Below are positions 63,706 through 64,000 of a stretch of 64,000 nt of DNA, piece after piece. Every line of letters starts with the position of its first letter. Position 1 is the first letter of the stretch. The notes below the pieces were generated by a model. The model saw nothing but the letters and a program-made list of their open reading frames with translations. It had not been told where the DNA came from and made no database searches. A program made the position numbers and the translations under genes. The stretch comes from a virus (Duplodnaviria; Caudoviricetes), in the IMG/VR virus record IMGVR_UViG_3300002185_000031, positions 1 through 64,000 of that record. One strand, written 5' to 3'.

Positions 63706-64000
63706 ATGGACAGGCACACAAACAGAGCAGCCCATGACGAGGCGAGGCACAATGCAGAAGAAACATTGCGCATGACAAATGCGGATTTGCGCAACCCAAG
63801 AATTGCTAATAATGCAAGACGTAGGCACATGCTTACCACTATGAAGCGTGAGGCTATGGCGACCATAGCTGAACATGACCGTATGTATGGCGACCGCAAT
63901 GACCGTCATAATGATGATTACAGAAATAATAATCGCAACGACCGCTACAACTACAGGCATAACGATTACCGCAGTGATAACGACCGCCGCATGGACATGA
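63706..64000 (+). CDS. R/D/N-rich low-complexity protein, truncated by the window end
   Basis: AAGGAG RBS; MDRHTNRAAH..YGDRNDRHNDDYRNNNRNDRYNYRHND. Confidence 0.65.
   Translation, partial: MDRHTNRAAHDEARHNAEETLRMTNADLRNPRIANNARRRHMLTTMKREAMATIAEHDRMYGDRNDRHNDDYRNNNRNDRYNYRHNDYRSDNDRRMDM

Overview
The window reads as a contractile-tailed (Myoviridae-like, XkdK/XkdM/XkdT-type) temperate phage or prophage of a low-GC Firmicute, probably Clostridia-like. No rRNA, tRNA, CRISPR array or obvious host housekeeping operon was seen, and neither element end is evident. Minus strand (about 58.1 kb to 0): methylase and early genes, macro domain, terminase, portal, DUF2213 protease/scaffold, encapsulin-like capsid, tail, baseplate, fibres, lysis, displaced neck and baseplate-hub genes, P4-type primase, a four-gene NAD operon (PncA, PRPP-synthetase-like, Nampt/Namat-like, NadE), helicase and tyrosine integrase. 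Inserted elements are an IS1595 with 8-bp TSD and two small passenger ORFs, a TnpB-only IS200/IS605 element, and a 45-bp IS605-like scar. Plus strand (58.2-64 kb): an accessory cassette with Fe/Mn SOD, a cysteine desulfurase and one hypothetical gene split by two ORF-less group I introns whose predicted removal restores a single 248-aa frame. Main highlights: (1) a candidate nicotinate (deamidated) variant of the phage NAD+ reconstitution pathway, (2) the twin group I introns, (3) paralogous structured leaders in front of antirepressors, (4) an RHH/antisense-sRNA/lipoprotein moron, and (5) two inverted origin-like repeats together with antirepressors that carry the primase C-terminal domain. 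All calls are by-eye sequence and motif recognition; no database searches were run.
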